From Auanema rhodensis (lineage: Eukaryota > Animalia > Nematoda): DNA of 64,000 nucleotides. Where the stretch lies: the NCBI GenBank assembly GCA_964057225.1, contig OZ059895.1:7688001-7752000 (forward strand), read 5' to 3'. The position numbers and the translations under genes are program-made. Below are positions 1 through 14,169 of this stretch, in pieces. Positions within the stretch are counted from its first letter, which is position 1. Each line of letters opens with the position of its first letter. A model generated the notes under the pieces. It was not told the origin of the DNA, made no database searches, and saw only the letters and a list, made by a program, of their open reading frames with translations.

Positions 1-1178
1 CACTTTCCTCCCTCTTCTCACTTCTCTTTTTCATCGCCGATTATCAGTTTCATTTATAAGCATACACAATCAGCTCATTGTCATTCTAATTTAAACGTAT
101 TTGTAATGTATTGTATTTAACAAATTCGGTAAAAAAAGGTCATTTTTGATTGAAAATATTTAAATAATATAATATGAAAATGAGATCAAATATATAAAAG
201 CTGTATATATATACTATATAATTGAAATATACTAGAAGAAGTTTTCTTTAATTCTTTAGATTTAAGAATTATTCTAGGATGATGCAATAGAAAATAAAAA
301 AAATAAATGAATGAAGCTTTTGAGAAAGTGCTATAACCTTGATCAGAGATTACAGCATACGCGTATGTTGCATTAGGAAGTTGGTAAAACTGTTACTAAT
401 GCATCATACAGCCTTCATAACATAGCTTAGCCATCTCGGTATGATGCTTTTGTCAAAGGACAACTGTAACTAGCAATGATGAGGCTGTTACAGAAAGAAG
501 TAGCGAGAATAGACCATGGTTGTGGTTGTCTCAATGCTGGTATTGAAGCTGACGTGGTAGCGACGTCTGAAGCCTGGGCCTTGAGGCTGATTGCATTTCG
601 TGTAGTCCAATTCAATGCATTCTAGATGGATTTCTGTCATATAATCATACATCTAAATAGAATATGCATACACAAAGGACACCTCCATATCGTTTTCTTT
701 TCTTTTTCGATTTTCGTTCTAGCAAATTTTTTTAGCTCCTGTCTCTGACTACATTCACATACAGCACTCTCACTTCTATTTCTTCATTTCCTTCCTCATT
801 TGCCTAGTGACTCTCTCATATACACATATATTCTTATACAATTTTTATCTTATTCTCTCTATTCATTCGATGTCTCACTCATCATGCATATGATCTTTAG
901 CTTTTCTGTATCTCATTAATAAATGCTTGATCTTGAATGATGAATAAGTACAGAATCACAGAATAGACTTGTGGAGCTGATGATGATGATGTTGGTCATC
1001 TTAAATTCTATATGAAATATGGTCTTTGAGCTAAATATCGTTGGCATGCTTTATGTCTGTTCTATTCTCTTATCATACGTAGCATTCCTCGTAGTTCATG
1101 GAATAATATAATTTGGAAAATAGCAAAATAATACTATATATTTTACAAAAAACATTATATAAATATATATAAATACAC

Positions 1179-1182
<4 letters not shown>

Positions 1183-1247
<65 letters not shown>
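1183..1247. repeat. (TA)n microsatellite
   Basis: About 32 perfect TA units read directly. Confidence 0.95.
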
Positions 1248-1250
<3 letters not shown>

Positions 1251-4200
1251 TAAATATATACATACATACATCTTTAAGTGAATAAAAAAAGAAGATGAGT
1301 GGTTATGGAAAAATGCAACCGCTGCACATTGTTTGGTTAAAAAAAATGAAGTTCACGCAACTTCACGCTTGGTTATAACAATTGATTGATGTAACTATAT
1401 AATATTCATTGAATTAAAATCAAGATTATAAACTATATTGATATGATAAATCATTTGCAGTTTGGCAACACAGCAAGTTCAGAATTTTTTTTTCATATAA
1501 AAAATTACTATATACATTTGCAAATCAAATAATCTGATTATGCGATATATCTTTCTCGATTGTTCTCGATCAATTTTTTGTCATGCTCTTTCTCTCTGAA
1601 ATATTATATATGTGATAAATAGGTTTATATTACATTGATATGTTGCCTAGTTTTTCTTTGTTTTTTTTATAAATAAGTTCTTGTTACGCCTCATTCACTT
1701 TGTTTGGTTCAGATTCAATTGCGCGATAGGTTTTCTCAACATCACTCTCTAAACTTTCTATCCCACATTAGCCCGGAAAGTGCAAGACCGACGGATTATG
1801 GGTATAAATGGAATTGTAAAGAACTAGATACAAAAAAGTGATAGAATGATAGAGAAAAGAAGAAAGTGGGAGGAAAAGTGGGTGGATAAAGATGTGCGAG
1901 AGAAAAACAGAGGTATAGAAAAGGCAACGGCTATCTAGATCCAGGTGTGGTTCAAAACTGTGGCGACTTTTTTCCCGGAACAATAGAAAAAAAGATGATG
2001 AAAAAAGAATGAAAGATAGTTTCGAAACTAAGTTCAAGAGGCAATTGGTCAGTATGACTGTATAGTAAAAAATTGTTGTACTTTATGAAAACAACAAAAA
2101 AAGAAGAAGAAGAACAGTTTATATGATACATAAAACTGTTTTTTAAATACTTTTTTTCAGAAAAATAACATTTTTTTGCTTGAAAAAACATGAATGACTC
2201 TGTATTGGATATATATTGTTTAATAGACTAGGATTAGTTTGTTTGTTCTATTACTATAAAATCAAATTATAAATTATATTTCTAATCAGATATATCATAA
2301 TATCTGAACTCGGAGCAAAATGAAAAAAAAAATAACGGAATAAGATGTTGAATGGCGAATGGCTTAATGGAAAAATTGTGAATTGAAATCTGAGTTTAAA
2401 AGGAAAAGTAATGAATAATGTTATATGCATTTTGGAACAAAAAATATGAAACAACAGACAATTCTTGCATTCAAAATAAAAAATGCTAAAGCTTATATAT
2501 GTTTGATAAATGGAAATTGGTTCGATTCCGAGATCTTGTCGCATATCCCACCTAGCAACAGAGATGGGGTACGGTAGTCAAGGGGGAGGAGTTTGGGCTG
2601 CAAATCTACCGATTGGTTTGACGTTAAGAGAAATATGCATCTTTAAAATGAATATATAAACTATAAAATGTCATAGTTAAGTTATGAAAAACGTATGAAT
2701 TTCATGTAAGCTATGCTGCTTTGACGAGAAACATTGTTGCTGAAAGTGGGCAAACATGAAAGTTATGATCTGGATAAGCTGACTATACATTATCCTATTA
2801 ATAAAAAGAATACAAGACAGAAAAAATTTTTGTTTAATTTTGATTATAAAATACTATATGATGATGGTTCGAAACAAAAAAGGGCAATTATATAACCAAA
2901 TGACGAGTGTGGTTAAGCAATCAAAAGCCGCTCAAGGAGAGAGCGAGAAAGGAAGCCTCATCACATAAAAAGAGAAAAATGCAAAAGAGAGAAAAAGATA
3001 GATAGAGAAAAATATAAAATGAATCGAAGTATAGATCATTGAAAATTAGGCAGCTGTTCTGACAGAAAAGGATAAGCTCAGCGTATATACTGAAATATTG
3101 AGAGAAGAAAAATGGCTGATTTGAGTGTATTGTGATGTTGAACAAGAGCAAAGCATTACTCATATAACACAATATGGTCTAAGGTTACTGATAGTAGTTT
3201 AAGAGCAAGATTGCCAAAGTATACAAAGTGAATATATTCGTAAGGAACGCTTAAAAACGTTGAACTTAGATGGAGCATTTTTAAGGATCCTCCTTCGCTG
3301 TGTGCTTTCTGCTCATCATCATTGTCTGAACTCTTTGCTCCCCTTGGTTCTCTCATTCTGTTCTTCTATCTTCAGCTCATTTAGATATATGTGATCGTTC
3401 CAAAAATTGACTATATAAAGTCAATTAGATGATCACATATGAATGAGATAGAAACAGCAAGTGTGAAGAAAAGTACAAACGATAGGCAAGGAATTCCACA
3501 AAAAAGGACGAAATACATGAATATGTGAATATGGTTAAGGAGAAAAAAGTGAAGAAGAAAAACCATTCGATCTCAAGCTAGACATATACATATCATGATC
3601 ATATGGGTGTCAATGTTTCAACGGTCTAAGGGCAGTATAAAGAGTGTAAGAATGTAGTTCAAAGATCATTCATTACTTGTAGATGACTTGAAAAGAAAGA
3701 TAGAAGAAAGACTATGTGATGAAGCAAATTGAAAGATCAGAAATGTTGGCTGGACATACATACATATACATGTAGCATGTATATATTAAAGATGGTGAAG
3801 TCTAGTAGGGTACAATACTTGAATGAAAACTAGAAAAAACTTTAAACTTTTCCAAGCATGAGGCTGTATGAATAGATTGCGTTATGAAAATGGTAAAACA
3901 ATGAAATATAGAAAAGAATTGAAAACAAATTTGAAAAAAGAAAAGAAAAGAATTGCATATGATAATCTAAACAAAAAAATTAAAATAGAGAAGAAATTAT
4001 TTCAGATACGGCAGGTGATGATAGAGAAAATTGTTTAGAGCGGGACAATGAGGTTTTTTCGCTAAAAGAGGTCAACTGGTACAAGTGATCTGAGAAAAGG
4101 AAAAATGAAATAAGTGAACCAGTGATTGGGAGGGAATGAGATATAAAGAGTAGAAGAGGGAATAAGAAACGGCAACTTGATCATACATAGATACCCATCG

Positions 4201-7200
4201 AAACGATTTTGCACTTTTGAAGGAAAATAGAGAGACAGAGAGAAAATTTAAAGAATGACTTTCGATACCCTAAAAGAGTTTAATCGCCTTTCTGTGTTCA
4301 CAGAAATCTGAGAAAATTTCATACAAGGCCTTTAAAGTGTAGAAGGATTAACCATGTAAAATACTTTAGTGTATTTGTTCGTTTATAAATCAGAAATTTA
4401 AAAAAAAAACAAAAGCCATCTGAGATCTAGCGATATGGAAATTCTTTGAAACTCGTAGTTTGTAATTAGGTGTTATTTCAGTGAAAACGGGGGGTGTGAT
4501 GGGGGTGACAGACGAGTGAACAGAAAACAGAAGATAAGGTACTTTCGCTACGGCCATATTAGAAGACGTACAACGTGATAGATATGTCGATGACGAAGCA
4601 CGGATTAAATAAATCGGAATAAAGTTTAAAAAGAGTACACCAGTTTTTTGCATCTAAAAGGACTAAAAACTGAAACTGATCAGCGAAGGCGAAGGCGAAG
4701 GTAACAGATATTGGTCGAGGTGGATTGTCGTCATAGACATCGTCGTGGTTGACCATTCTGTCAAAAATTTTTTTTATCTCTCTCACTCCCTCTTTAGGAC
4801 TAATATGCAATAGATAGAAAAGGGCATATCGTTTAATAGAAAGGGGGGGGGAGAGGATCTTGTACTGAACTGACTAACCAGCTAGACGGAAATATAGAAT
4901 AAATGAGGTGACGATGTCGACGACAACGTTGACGAGAAAAGACGAAGAGCTAACTGATGAATGGTCCATCTGTGAAACATTAATAGATGGATAACAATGA
5001 GTATAAAAAAATCGAGACAACCATTGAAGAGAGAATGAAAAAAGTCATTTTTTAGAAAACACATGAAAGAAAGGAAAAAGCGAAATTGTCAGCCTCATTG
5101 CATTTGCATATTCCGACTAGATAATACCATCTATAGGAGGTCTATTCAAATAAGAATTGAAAAATAAATTGCCAGAAAGTCATGATTTGATTTGAGAAGT
5201 CTGAAATGCATCAGGATGTTTAGAATAATATCTGAAAGAAATGAATAGCAAATCCATCAGAAACAAATATTGTAATTTCACATAAATAAAAGAAGTGATA
5301 TAGCATATCTCATCCATCAATATTGAGATTTCTATTTGAAATTGTGATATAGTTTAAATTAGTTTAATTATGCTTAGACTATGCTTGAAATCTAGCTGAT
5401 TTGATCACTCTATATCTGAATATGCGGCCTTATGAATGAATGAAGAGGTTGAGCAGAGAGTGAGAACGAAAGGGAAGGAGAGGCAAAAAGGAAAAACGAG
5501 AGTGATGGTGAGGGAAAGAGAGTGAGAGAGAAAAAATCCTGTGTAAATGATTATGTAATAGAATATTGGAATAGCTAGGGAACGATTAAATGGTATGCGC
5601 ATGATTATGCCTATCATCTGCCATCTGTCCATGATATGGTCGTGCTAGTGCCCGTCTATGTGTGTTCATCGAGCAGCATCTCGTTTCGCACTTTGAACTC
5701 TCTCTCTCACTCTCTCTCTCTCTTTCTCTCTCTTCATTTTTTCAATTTTCCCTCCTTCTCTCTATTTCTCTTTATTTTATTATCTTAGAACTCTCTTTAT
5801 ATTTCTCTTTTCTTTTTCTTTCCTAAATTCGTATTCAGTTTTCTGTGTTTTTTGGGGTATAGCCAAATGATAAAACAAGTATACGTAATACAGAAGAAAT
5901 TAAATAGAAGAAGAACAGTTGCAAAAGGAAAAATGAAGATAACAAATAAATAGTATATACAGCCAAGAGTGTAGACAACAAAGAGAAATTAAATAGAGAA
6001 AAAATGAAAAAAGATAGATTAAAAATTACGAGAAATTATATATCTGACTTGAGAGAAGAGAGAAAGAGAAAACGAGTTGAAAAATGTGGATGATTAGATG
6101 ACTCGATGTAAACCTTATAAGTATATAATTAGTGTAGAGGGGTACAATCAAATGAAGTTGAGATTACATGACGGATCTTGAACTGTTTTTGAATAAAAAA
6201 AAGATATTTGGAAAAAAATACTAAAATATACTTCTGAATCAATATAATAGTGGTAGGAAAGTGGCAAGTTTATTTCTCAAGCATATGGAAAAGAAAAATA
6301 AAAGACTAGCTAGATATGCATGATTAATCAAAACCGTATATATATTTAGATATATATATATATATAGATAGATAGATATGTATATTTATATATATGAATA
6401 GTATAGTAAGGTATTCAAGAATATATTCTGAAGATTATAAACTGCATGGTTGATGGATATGGTGAGCACTATAGTCGTTTGTACAGGCTGTGCTATAGAA
6501 AAATGCTGACGGATATGGAAATACATGAATGTTTTTTTAAGCTACCAAACATTTAACATATCTCATGTTATCATATAGTATGTCAGCTTATCCATAGCAT
6601 CATTTTCAATGTTTCCGAGCTGGCATATGTGTATGCTATAACTATGTGCTAAAGAAAGAAAAATTTCAAATTTTAAAAAAACAAATGAGCAAATGGCAAA
6701 ACAACAAGAAATTTGCAAACGTAATTAGTCGAAAAGAAAATTTACGAGAATGAATGTAGTATTATGATTAACTAATAAATTTTTTCTGTGGATTAGCTAT
6801 GAATCAGGCATGTTTCATAAGTTGGTAACATTTAAATTATATGCTAATGTGACGTCAATTCTCACGTATCGAGTCACGTTGTGGCTAATGTTGCAGTGCA
6901 TCTTCAGTCCCAGAAAAAGACAGGCAATCAAACGGTTGTTATTTGTTTTCAGCTAATATTATACATTATACGTATAGTTAAAGAGGTTACGTTGCATTTT
7001 TAACACATAAAGAGCCTTCCTTCATGTGTTAGGCTATAGTACAGTTTGAATTATATGCTATGAAATTGCCAAAGAAGACGAAAGAAAGAAGAAAAGAATA
7101 GATGATGCTGAGATATAGAATATGTAGTAAAGGAATTCAGTTTGATAAGATTAATTCATACGTCATTTACATATTGAGAGTTTTGAGTTGCTGTCATTTA

Positions 7201-8079
7201 GCATTTTGAAAACAATGTCAATAAATAAACGAATGACTCAAAAAGGAAAGTTGAAACGAATGGATTGAGAAAAAGACGAAATGTTTAATTTGGTATTCCG
7301 ATTCATGAAATAATCGAGAAAGATGATAAATTCATAAATATAACATAATGATATTAGTTGTTGATAGAAACGAAAGAATAAGTAAAAGACTGAATGGTCA
7401 ACGAACAGGAAATCAGTTGTAGCTGACTGCATATGTTCAATGAGGTTGTTGAGAAAGTCAAATAATGACAATTAGTTTTATGTGGATTAAAATATTAAAT
7501 GAAAAACGCTAAAATAGGTAAAGGAACAGGTATAGAAAGTGCAAATTAAGGTTGACTGGCTGAAAATAGAAAAGACAGAAAAGATGTGAAATGGAACGAT
7601 TGTCATCGGCTAGATGAACGGTGTTTCGGGGTGTCTCTTCATCAAGTTGAAAGACAATCAAAGAATATATGAAATGTAGAGTGTGGAATAGTAGCAGAGA
7701 GGACAACCTACGGCAGAATTTAAAGAGAATAAGGGAGCTAGTTAGTTAGGTAGATTGATGGAGAGAAAGAGAAAAAAAAAGATTCAAAAGGGGGAGGGGG
7801 TAGTTTTCCACCTGGGGAGAGAAAATATTTGATGAAGGTCAGCTTCTTCTATATCAACGGTAGTATCATTAAAGAGAGAGCGTCTTCAAGACTGAATTTA
7901 ATATAAGTCAGCATATATATATATATATATATATATAAGGAAGCTACTTAGTTAGTATATGCATATAATTAGATTTGAAATGTTTACAAAATGAATAACC
8001 TATAGGTAAACTATATGAAATAATGCTAATTGAAATGTCGTCATTTTTGAAGTTATGATTGTGGTTGACGGCTGATAGT

Positions 8080-8117
8080 CATCATCATCATCATCTTCAT
8101 CATCATCATCATCATCA
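8080..8117. repeat. (CAT)n trinucleotide microsatellite
   Basis: Near-perfect CAT/ATC run. Confidence 0.85.
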
Positions 8118-8131
8118 CATATCGAACATAC

Positions 8132-8204
8132 CTGATGATTTTGGCTGATTCAAAGCCGTTTCGACAGCGCCATTTAGCATTCCATTAATGGCACAAACGG
8201 ACAT
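8132..8204 (-). CDS. Candidate first coding exon of an unidentified minus-strand gene extending off the left edge (MSVCAINGMLNGAVETALNQPKSS)
   Basis: GC-richer island with ATG at 8204, open frame and strong donor CAG|GTATG at 8132/8131. No recognisable domain. Confidence 0.3.
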
Positions 8205-8956
8205 TCCGATTTTTATAATATTTATATACAAATCAAAACATAATTCTTTATTCATATATAAATTTTTTTATTTAAAATATTAGTTATAAGTTTAAAAAAA
8301 AAATAATATTTTTCATATAACAATATTGTATTTTATTTTTTTTTTCAAAGTAAAGTAAAAAGTAGAGAAATCGAATTAAATGAAAGAAAGATGTTCGAAA
8401 ATAAGTTTTTGTACTATTTATATATTCATATAAACTATATATATATACATAGATATACTATACTATACTATACTACATATAATAATATAATATATGATTA
8501 ATGATGTTTGAAGTAGATCACAAAACATCATCAATACAACAACTATCATAGGAGGTAATACTAATACCCATCACATCAATTTTGAGAGAAGGAAACTGTT
8601 GAAGGACAAAAGATGGAAGAAAAACGAAAAAGAAAATGGGTGGCCGTTTGGTTAATAAGAAAATGCTGAAGATACTATGTTAACTATCAAAATCTTTTCT
8701 TTCTCTTTTCTTAACATTTCATGTTATTCATATATATAGTTTTCGATTGTTTCTTTACATTTTTAATTCATAAATATTCGTATATTATGATGACAACTTT
8801 TCATTAGACTGTTGATGAAAAGTAAAAAAAAAAGCTGAAGATATGTATCTGTACATGAAAATTAGCTTCGACTTAAGGGAAGGAGACGAGGAGACTCTTC
8901 TCTTCTAATTATGTTCGTTTCGCGTATCTATCTCTGACCATCTAGTCTTCATTTAC

Positions 8957-9010
8957 CTCGTCATTGAAGCTTGCTTAACAACATGTTCATGTTGATTCAA
9001 GGTTTTGTCT
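8957..9010 (-). other. Candidate 54-nt exon of the same minus-strand transcription unit
   Basis: Canonical TTTTCAG acceptor, GAG|GTAAAT donor, length a multiple of 3, open frame DKTLNQHEHVVKQASMT. Confidence 0.3.
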
Positions 9011-9493
9011 CTGAAAAATCACCCTTTTTCTGTTATTATACATCAGAGTCCACATGAACGACAGCTGACATCAACCATATAGGAATAATCGTGAAACTTG
9101 TGGGTTTCAGCTTTCTATACCAAAACTTTCATGTGCGAACGTTTGACAGAGAAAAAATGGATCGCAGCATGGCAGCAGACTTTGGTATATCAACGACATG
9201 GTAGACTTGATTTCCTTATGTCAACCATATTGACGTGACACATGAGCTTCGGACGGAGAACGACAGCCTTCAGATTAACGTGACTCGCTCTCTCACTTCA
9301 TTCTCTTCGATACGAGCTCTATGCCACTTGGCTATTAATGAAGTTGTTACTAACTAAGATAGTGGTCGCACAATGAACAAGTGAGTAAGTATATGAAAGA
9401 ACAGAGATCGGAAAAGAAAGAATATTATTATATTCTGTCTGTAATTCATAATCAATTCTCAAACAGGTTGCCTTTTCTCCCGGTTTCCCTCTT

Positions 9494-9533
9494 TTCTCTC
9501 TCTCTTTCTCTTCCTCTCTCTCTATTTCTCTCA

Positions 9534-9577
<44 letters not shown>
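9494..9577. repeat. (CT)n microsatellite tract
   Basis: CT dinucleotide run. Confidence 0.9.
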
Positions 9578-9580
<3 letters not shown>

Positions 9581-10622
9581 CTCCTTTAGCAGAAACTACA
9601 ATATCTTTATTTTCTCTTCCGTATTCCCTTATGAGCCATGTACGACAAACTATAGATCATCATCATCCTCTTTTTATTTGAAATATATCTCAACACCATA
9701 AGTTTATCAAAAAGTAAAAATGAGGTGAGGTTGTCAGATAATATGTGAACAAGAACTAAACATAATACAGCCAGTAACAGTATTCAAATAGAAAAACGAC
9801 ACAACATAGTAATGAGCAGCGATCTTTTTTTTTTGTTCAATTCTGTATTATTCTTAACAAAATTCAATTTCCATCACATGTCTAAACATAGAACTAATAA
9901 TAAAACGCTGAGAAGGAAAAAAGAAGAAGCTGCTTCGTTAGAAGGAATGACGAATGAATGCCGGAGAGAGTATGATCAGCTTGTCATTCCAGATGACATG
10001 CCTCAATCAAAAATATACATAATTTTCTTCTATACATATAAATTAGTATAATACTATACTATATAGTAAACATTATACATATACAATGCTTCCATGTCAA
10101 AATATATGCATATAATATAAAGAATAAAATTTGAATTAATTCTTTTTTTTTTCTCATCTAATAATTAAAATATCTTTATATTTGTTGATTAATTAAATTT
10201 TTTATAAAATACAATGAAGATTTCTATCATTCTAATTTATCTTACAAATTTCTAATTATTTATAAATCTTGCTAGAACCATCAAAAACGATGCACGCTAT
10301 CATGATGATTTTTTTCTGCTTATTTGCTTGATGTACCCATAGCAATTCTCCTAAATTTCTATCTGATATCATTAGATAGGAATAATTTACAGCCCGATAT
10401 CAAATTTGTTTCAACAGAGAAATAAATATAAAAAGAAATGGAAGAAAAAACGAATAGCTCACCGTAATCGGAGAGAAAAGAGGAAAAGCAATTAGTTTAA
10501 CATTCTGCTAATCTCAACAACTGAATTGATGTAACTGATATATTGATAAAACAGAACATCTACAATAGAATATAAATGATAGAAATAGGTCAAAATCTAC
10601 CATATAACGTATATAATAATCA

Positions 10623-11211
10623 TATTGCGTGGGTGCATTGATTCGCAACCCCTTTTGAAAATTTAAAAATTTTTTGCAAATTTTATAAAATAATTTAATA
10701 ATGATATTAATGCTTAAAAATTAAATAGTTTTAAATATTATAAAAATATAAAACATCTAAATATCAAAGTTTTACATCTGAAAAAAACTGTTTTTTCTTT
10801 GAACGTTTTTTTGTTTCTCATTTTCGTTATGGATGTTTCACTTAAGTGCTACACCCTTCTTCATCATTTTAATGAAGAAATTTCTGCCAAAGAAACCTTC
10901 AGAAGAATGAAAGTTGTGTACGGAAATTCTTCTCTATCAAACACAACTAGTTAGAAATGGTTTAGCCGCTTCAAAACCGGCGAGATCGATCTCGATTAGT
11001 GTCCAAGTCAAACTCTTCAGGCCTTGCTCTAACAAATTCTTATCTGTTTATGTGGATGGAACACAATTTGATAGTTGGAAAATTTTTAAATTTAGAGGAA
11101 CTTGAAAAATTGGTTAAAAGTTTTTTTACTTCCAAAAATGAAAAAAATCTTTAAAGATAGATAGGAGAAAGTGATTGAGAAGATACAACATATCAACGCA
11201 ACTACCTAATA
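10623..11211 (+). mobile_element. Internally deleted, decayed mariner (Tc1/mariner) element
   Basis: Degenerate terminal inverted repeats: tattgcgtgggtgcattgat at 10623 versus revcomp tattaggtagttgcgttgat ending 11211, 15/20 identical, both ending in TA. Transposase N-terminal HTH from ATG 10829 (ISAKETFRRMKVVYGNSSLSNTTS*KWFSRFKTGEIDLD) is followed directly by C-terminal remnants (NLEELEKLVKSFF...EKVIEK); the catalytic core is missing. Confidence 0.85.
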
Positions 11212-11777
11212 TATTCAATATATTTGAATATTTTTAACGTGAACTATTCCACGTGTTATTTTCAATTAATTATCATTTCTATTTGTAATTCTGAATAAAC
11301 CGGGCGCTCATAATCATCATCATCATCATCATTTTCCATCAACATCATAAATAAATATATTTATGAAGATTTCAATTACTTTTGGACAGAAATAGTATTA
11401 ATGGAAAACAAAATAAATGATTTTTCTGAATATTAACTTCCAATGCAAGATTGGAACGTAAAAGACCTTTGCTTATGATTTTCGTATAAAAAAAACAAAA
11501 AGAGCTAATCAATTTTTTTTTTCAAAGTGTTCTTAATTAACAAGTAAATACCATTTCTCTTATCACACAAAACTTTTTTTTTAATTGAAAAAAAAGTGGA
11601 AAATGAGAAATTAGTGGTAAATTAAAATTTGAGACTTTTAAGGATATGACAATTGAGAATCAAATTTTATTCTACACAGAGACAATTACTATTAAAAAAA
11701 TCTAGGGGAAAAAATAGGATAGCTAAAACAAAGCAGGGAGAGAAAGAAGTGAAGAAAGAGTCAAAAAGATATATTGA

Positions 11778-11781
<4 letters not shown>

Positions 11782-11816
<35 letters not shown>
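11782..11816. repeat. (GA)n microsatellite
   Basis: Perfect GA run. Confidence 0.9.
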
Positions 11817-11819
<3 letters not shown>

Positions 11820-14169
11820 GAGTATTATGCGAGAAACGTTTATCGTATGAACGTAGTTTGACAACCGTCCTTGTTGAAATCATAGTTCATATAGGCAAAG
11901 TGCTGTCCTATTTGAAATACTTTCTATGATGCCATGTTCTTGGTGAACATAATGACATCCAATATAAAACGAGTGAAAAGAGGTAAAAAACAAGAAATTA
12001 CATCAATTTCTTATTTGCTGATGAAATTGCATATATTAGTTGAGATTTCATTTGATATCAATTAATAAAGTTTTTGAAACAATTCCTTTATCAGCTTCAC
12101 ATTTTTGGGTCAGTAAACTCACATAAGCAATCTCTTGTTACAGTATATCAGACCGTTCTTGATATATCATTTTGATATTCTGTATAACCAAAGATCTTCA
12201 CAAATTATTTATTAGTTTTGTAATCAATATAAAAGTAAACACAAAATATCTACTTAACTTTGCTTTGTATAGCAAAAAGTTTAGAACCGGGTCCAAACAG
12301 ATCTTTAAATTCAAAAGAGTTATTACAGATAGTTCAAGCGGAGTATCAGCTTTTAGCTTTCATTGAACTCCTCATTCACATTGTTTCATAGTTAGGTAAT
12401 CTAACATTGAGACCATTTTAAAGAATCAAACGATCAACGAACTTTCCAATATCTTTTTTTCCATCTAGACTAATCATTTTATTTTTCGTTCCTTTAGTTC
12501 TTTTACCATATATAGTTTCTTATTTCTTTTATATGATAAATCCATACAAACTATAATATTGCTTTCTATTGTACTATGTATTATTCATTCAAGCGTTCGC
12601 TATTTAATTTCTCAAACTGATAATGTTGCTATTATGTCTTTCATTTAAGATTTAAACCAAGTACAACATTTTTTATACATAATATATTAGGGTTTTTTTC
12701 TCGCAGAACAGCTAGAAAGAACAGCAAAAAAAATCGAATCGGAAATCTCTCACAACCACGAAGACGACGACGATGAAAATCATCCGGTCGTCAGGCTACC
12801 CCGCACGCCGACTTGTACTTTCGAGGTCTTTGCTATTATGTGATGAGTGTTTCTTTCTCCTTCCTATCCATTTACTGTCAGATGAACGACGAACTTTCGT
12901 AGGGCTTTTAAGGGGACAGTTGGAAAATTCGAAGACAACGAATGAACACATAATTTTAGAAAAAAAATGAAAGAATGATGTATCAGACACAAATAATAAT
13001 ATTCCTCATAAGTTTTTGTGGAATGAGAATGTAATAACACACAATGAAATAGAAAATTGAATAAATACATAAGTTCAAATTCATGCTGAATTTGTGTATT
13101 TGTTAATTATACTTGTAGACAATTGTATATAGTATATTTAAAATATTCATAGTGGCTACTAGCATGCATACAAGTATAAATATCAAATAATTGAACAATT
13201 CAGTTTATTATGCGAAGATATAACCTCCATACTCTTCTCTCTATCCTTGTAAAAAAAATCAAATGCAACAAAATAGCTGTTTCCAAGGACAATATACCAT
13301 GGCTGTCTTGAAAAAAAAAACAAAGTATAACTTGATTACGATCTAGGGTTCATGAAAAAAAAATTCAAACCGTCAATTTTAAACTTTCTCTAATGATACA
13401 ATGATTACTCCAAAGAACATTCAATCATGATGATTTTAAAGATATTTCGTATATCTAAACAGATTTGTTATCCCATCACAATCTCTCAAATTTTCTTTTC
13501 CCTCAACTTCGACAGTATATAGAAGATAGTCTAAATTGACCGTCTTCACATACGGAACTACTAAGCCTAGAATTTCAGTCCAGTTTTATGTACTTCGATA
13601 CCTTCATAGTTCAATTCTGAAAAAAAGAGATTACATACATAAAAAGGAAAGTTAAAATCGAAGAAAAAAGTTTTTTATTAAAAATTTTTGAAATAAACTT
13701 TTATCTTTCATGAACAAAAATTAAATTTGTTTTAATGAAAAATGTATTAAAAGATATCCAATATTCATGTAATTATTACAGATTCTGGTTTTACAATTTG
13801 CAGTATAACTCATGCAGTTTTAAACATTCTCTACTGAACAAATTTGTAAAGAGAAAGTACTATCTGGTGCAGCTTTGATAATTTTAACCAGAGGATATCA
13901 TGTTCACAAAATTATGAACAGAACTACACGGATAAGCCTTATACTGGTGATCGATAATATTTCTACTTATCCCTGAGGTATAGATCACAACCTTAGATAC
14001 ATATATGATCTACTTTATTGATCGATGTGGGAACTGTATAATTAAGTTTTCACACATTCATACATAGTTACTATTTTTTATTCAGATATATTCATATAAT
14101 AATATTAATATATAGCCAGGTAAATGTTAATTTTAATTTTAATTCATAGTTGTCTAGACAGTTTTACAG

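Noticed and set aside
181-204. TGAGATCAAATATATAAAAGCTG resembles bantam/mir-80 family mature miRNA
   Set aside because: No complementary star arm upstream; no hairpin.
338-624. Minus-strand exon-like island
   Set aside because: No frame is open between the candidate acceptor and donor; at most UTR.
2519-2529. GGTTCGATTCC, tRNA T-loop/B-box-like
   Set aside because: No acceptor stem, D-arm or anticodon arm in the flanks.
13968-14000. TCCCTGAG lin-4/miR-125 seed in a hairpin
   Set aside because: Stem only about 10 bp and the rest does not match the family.
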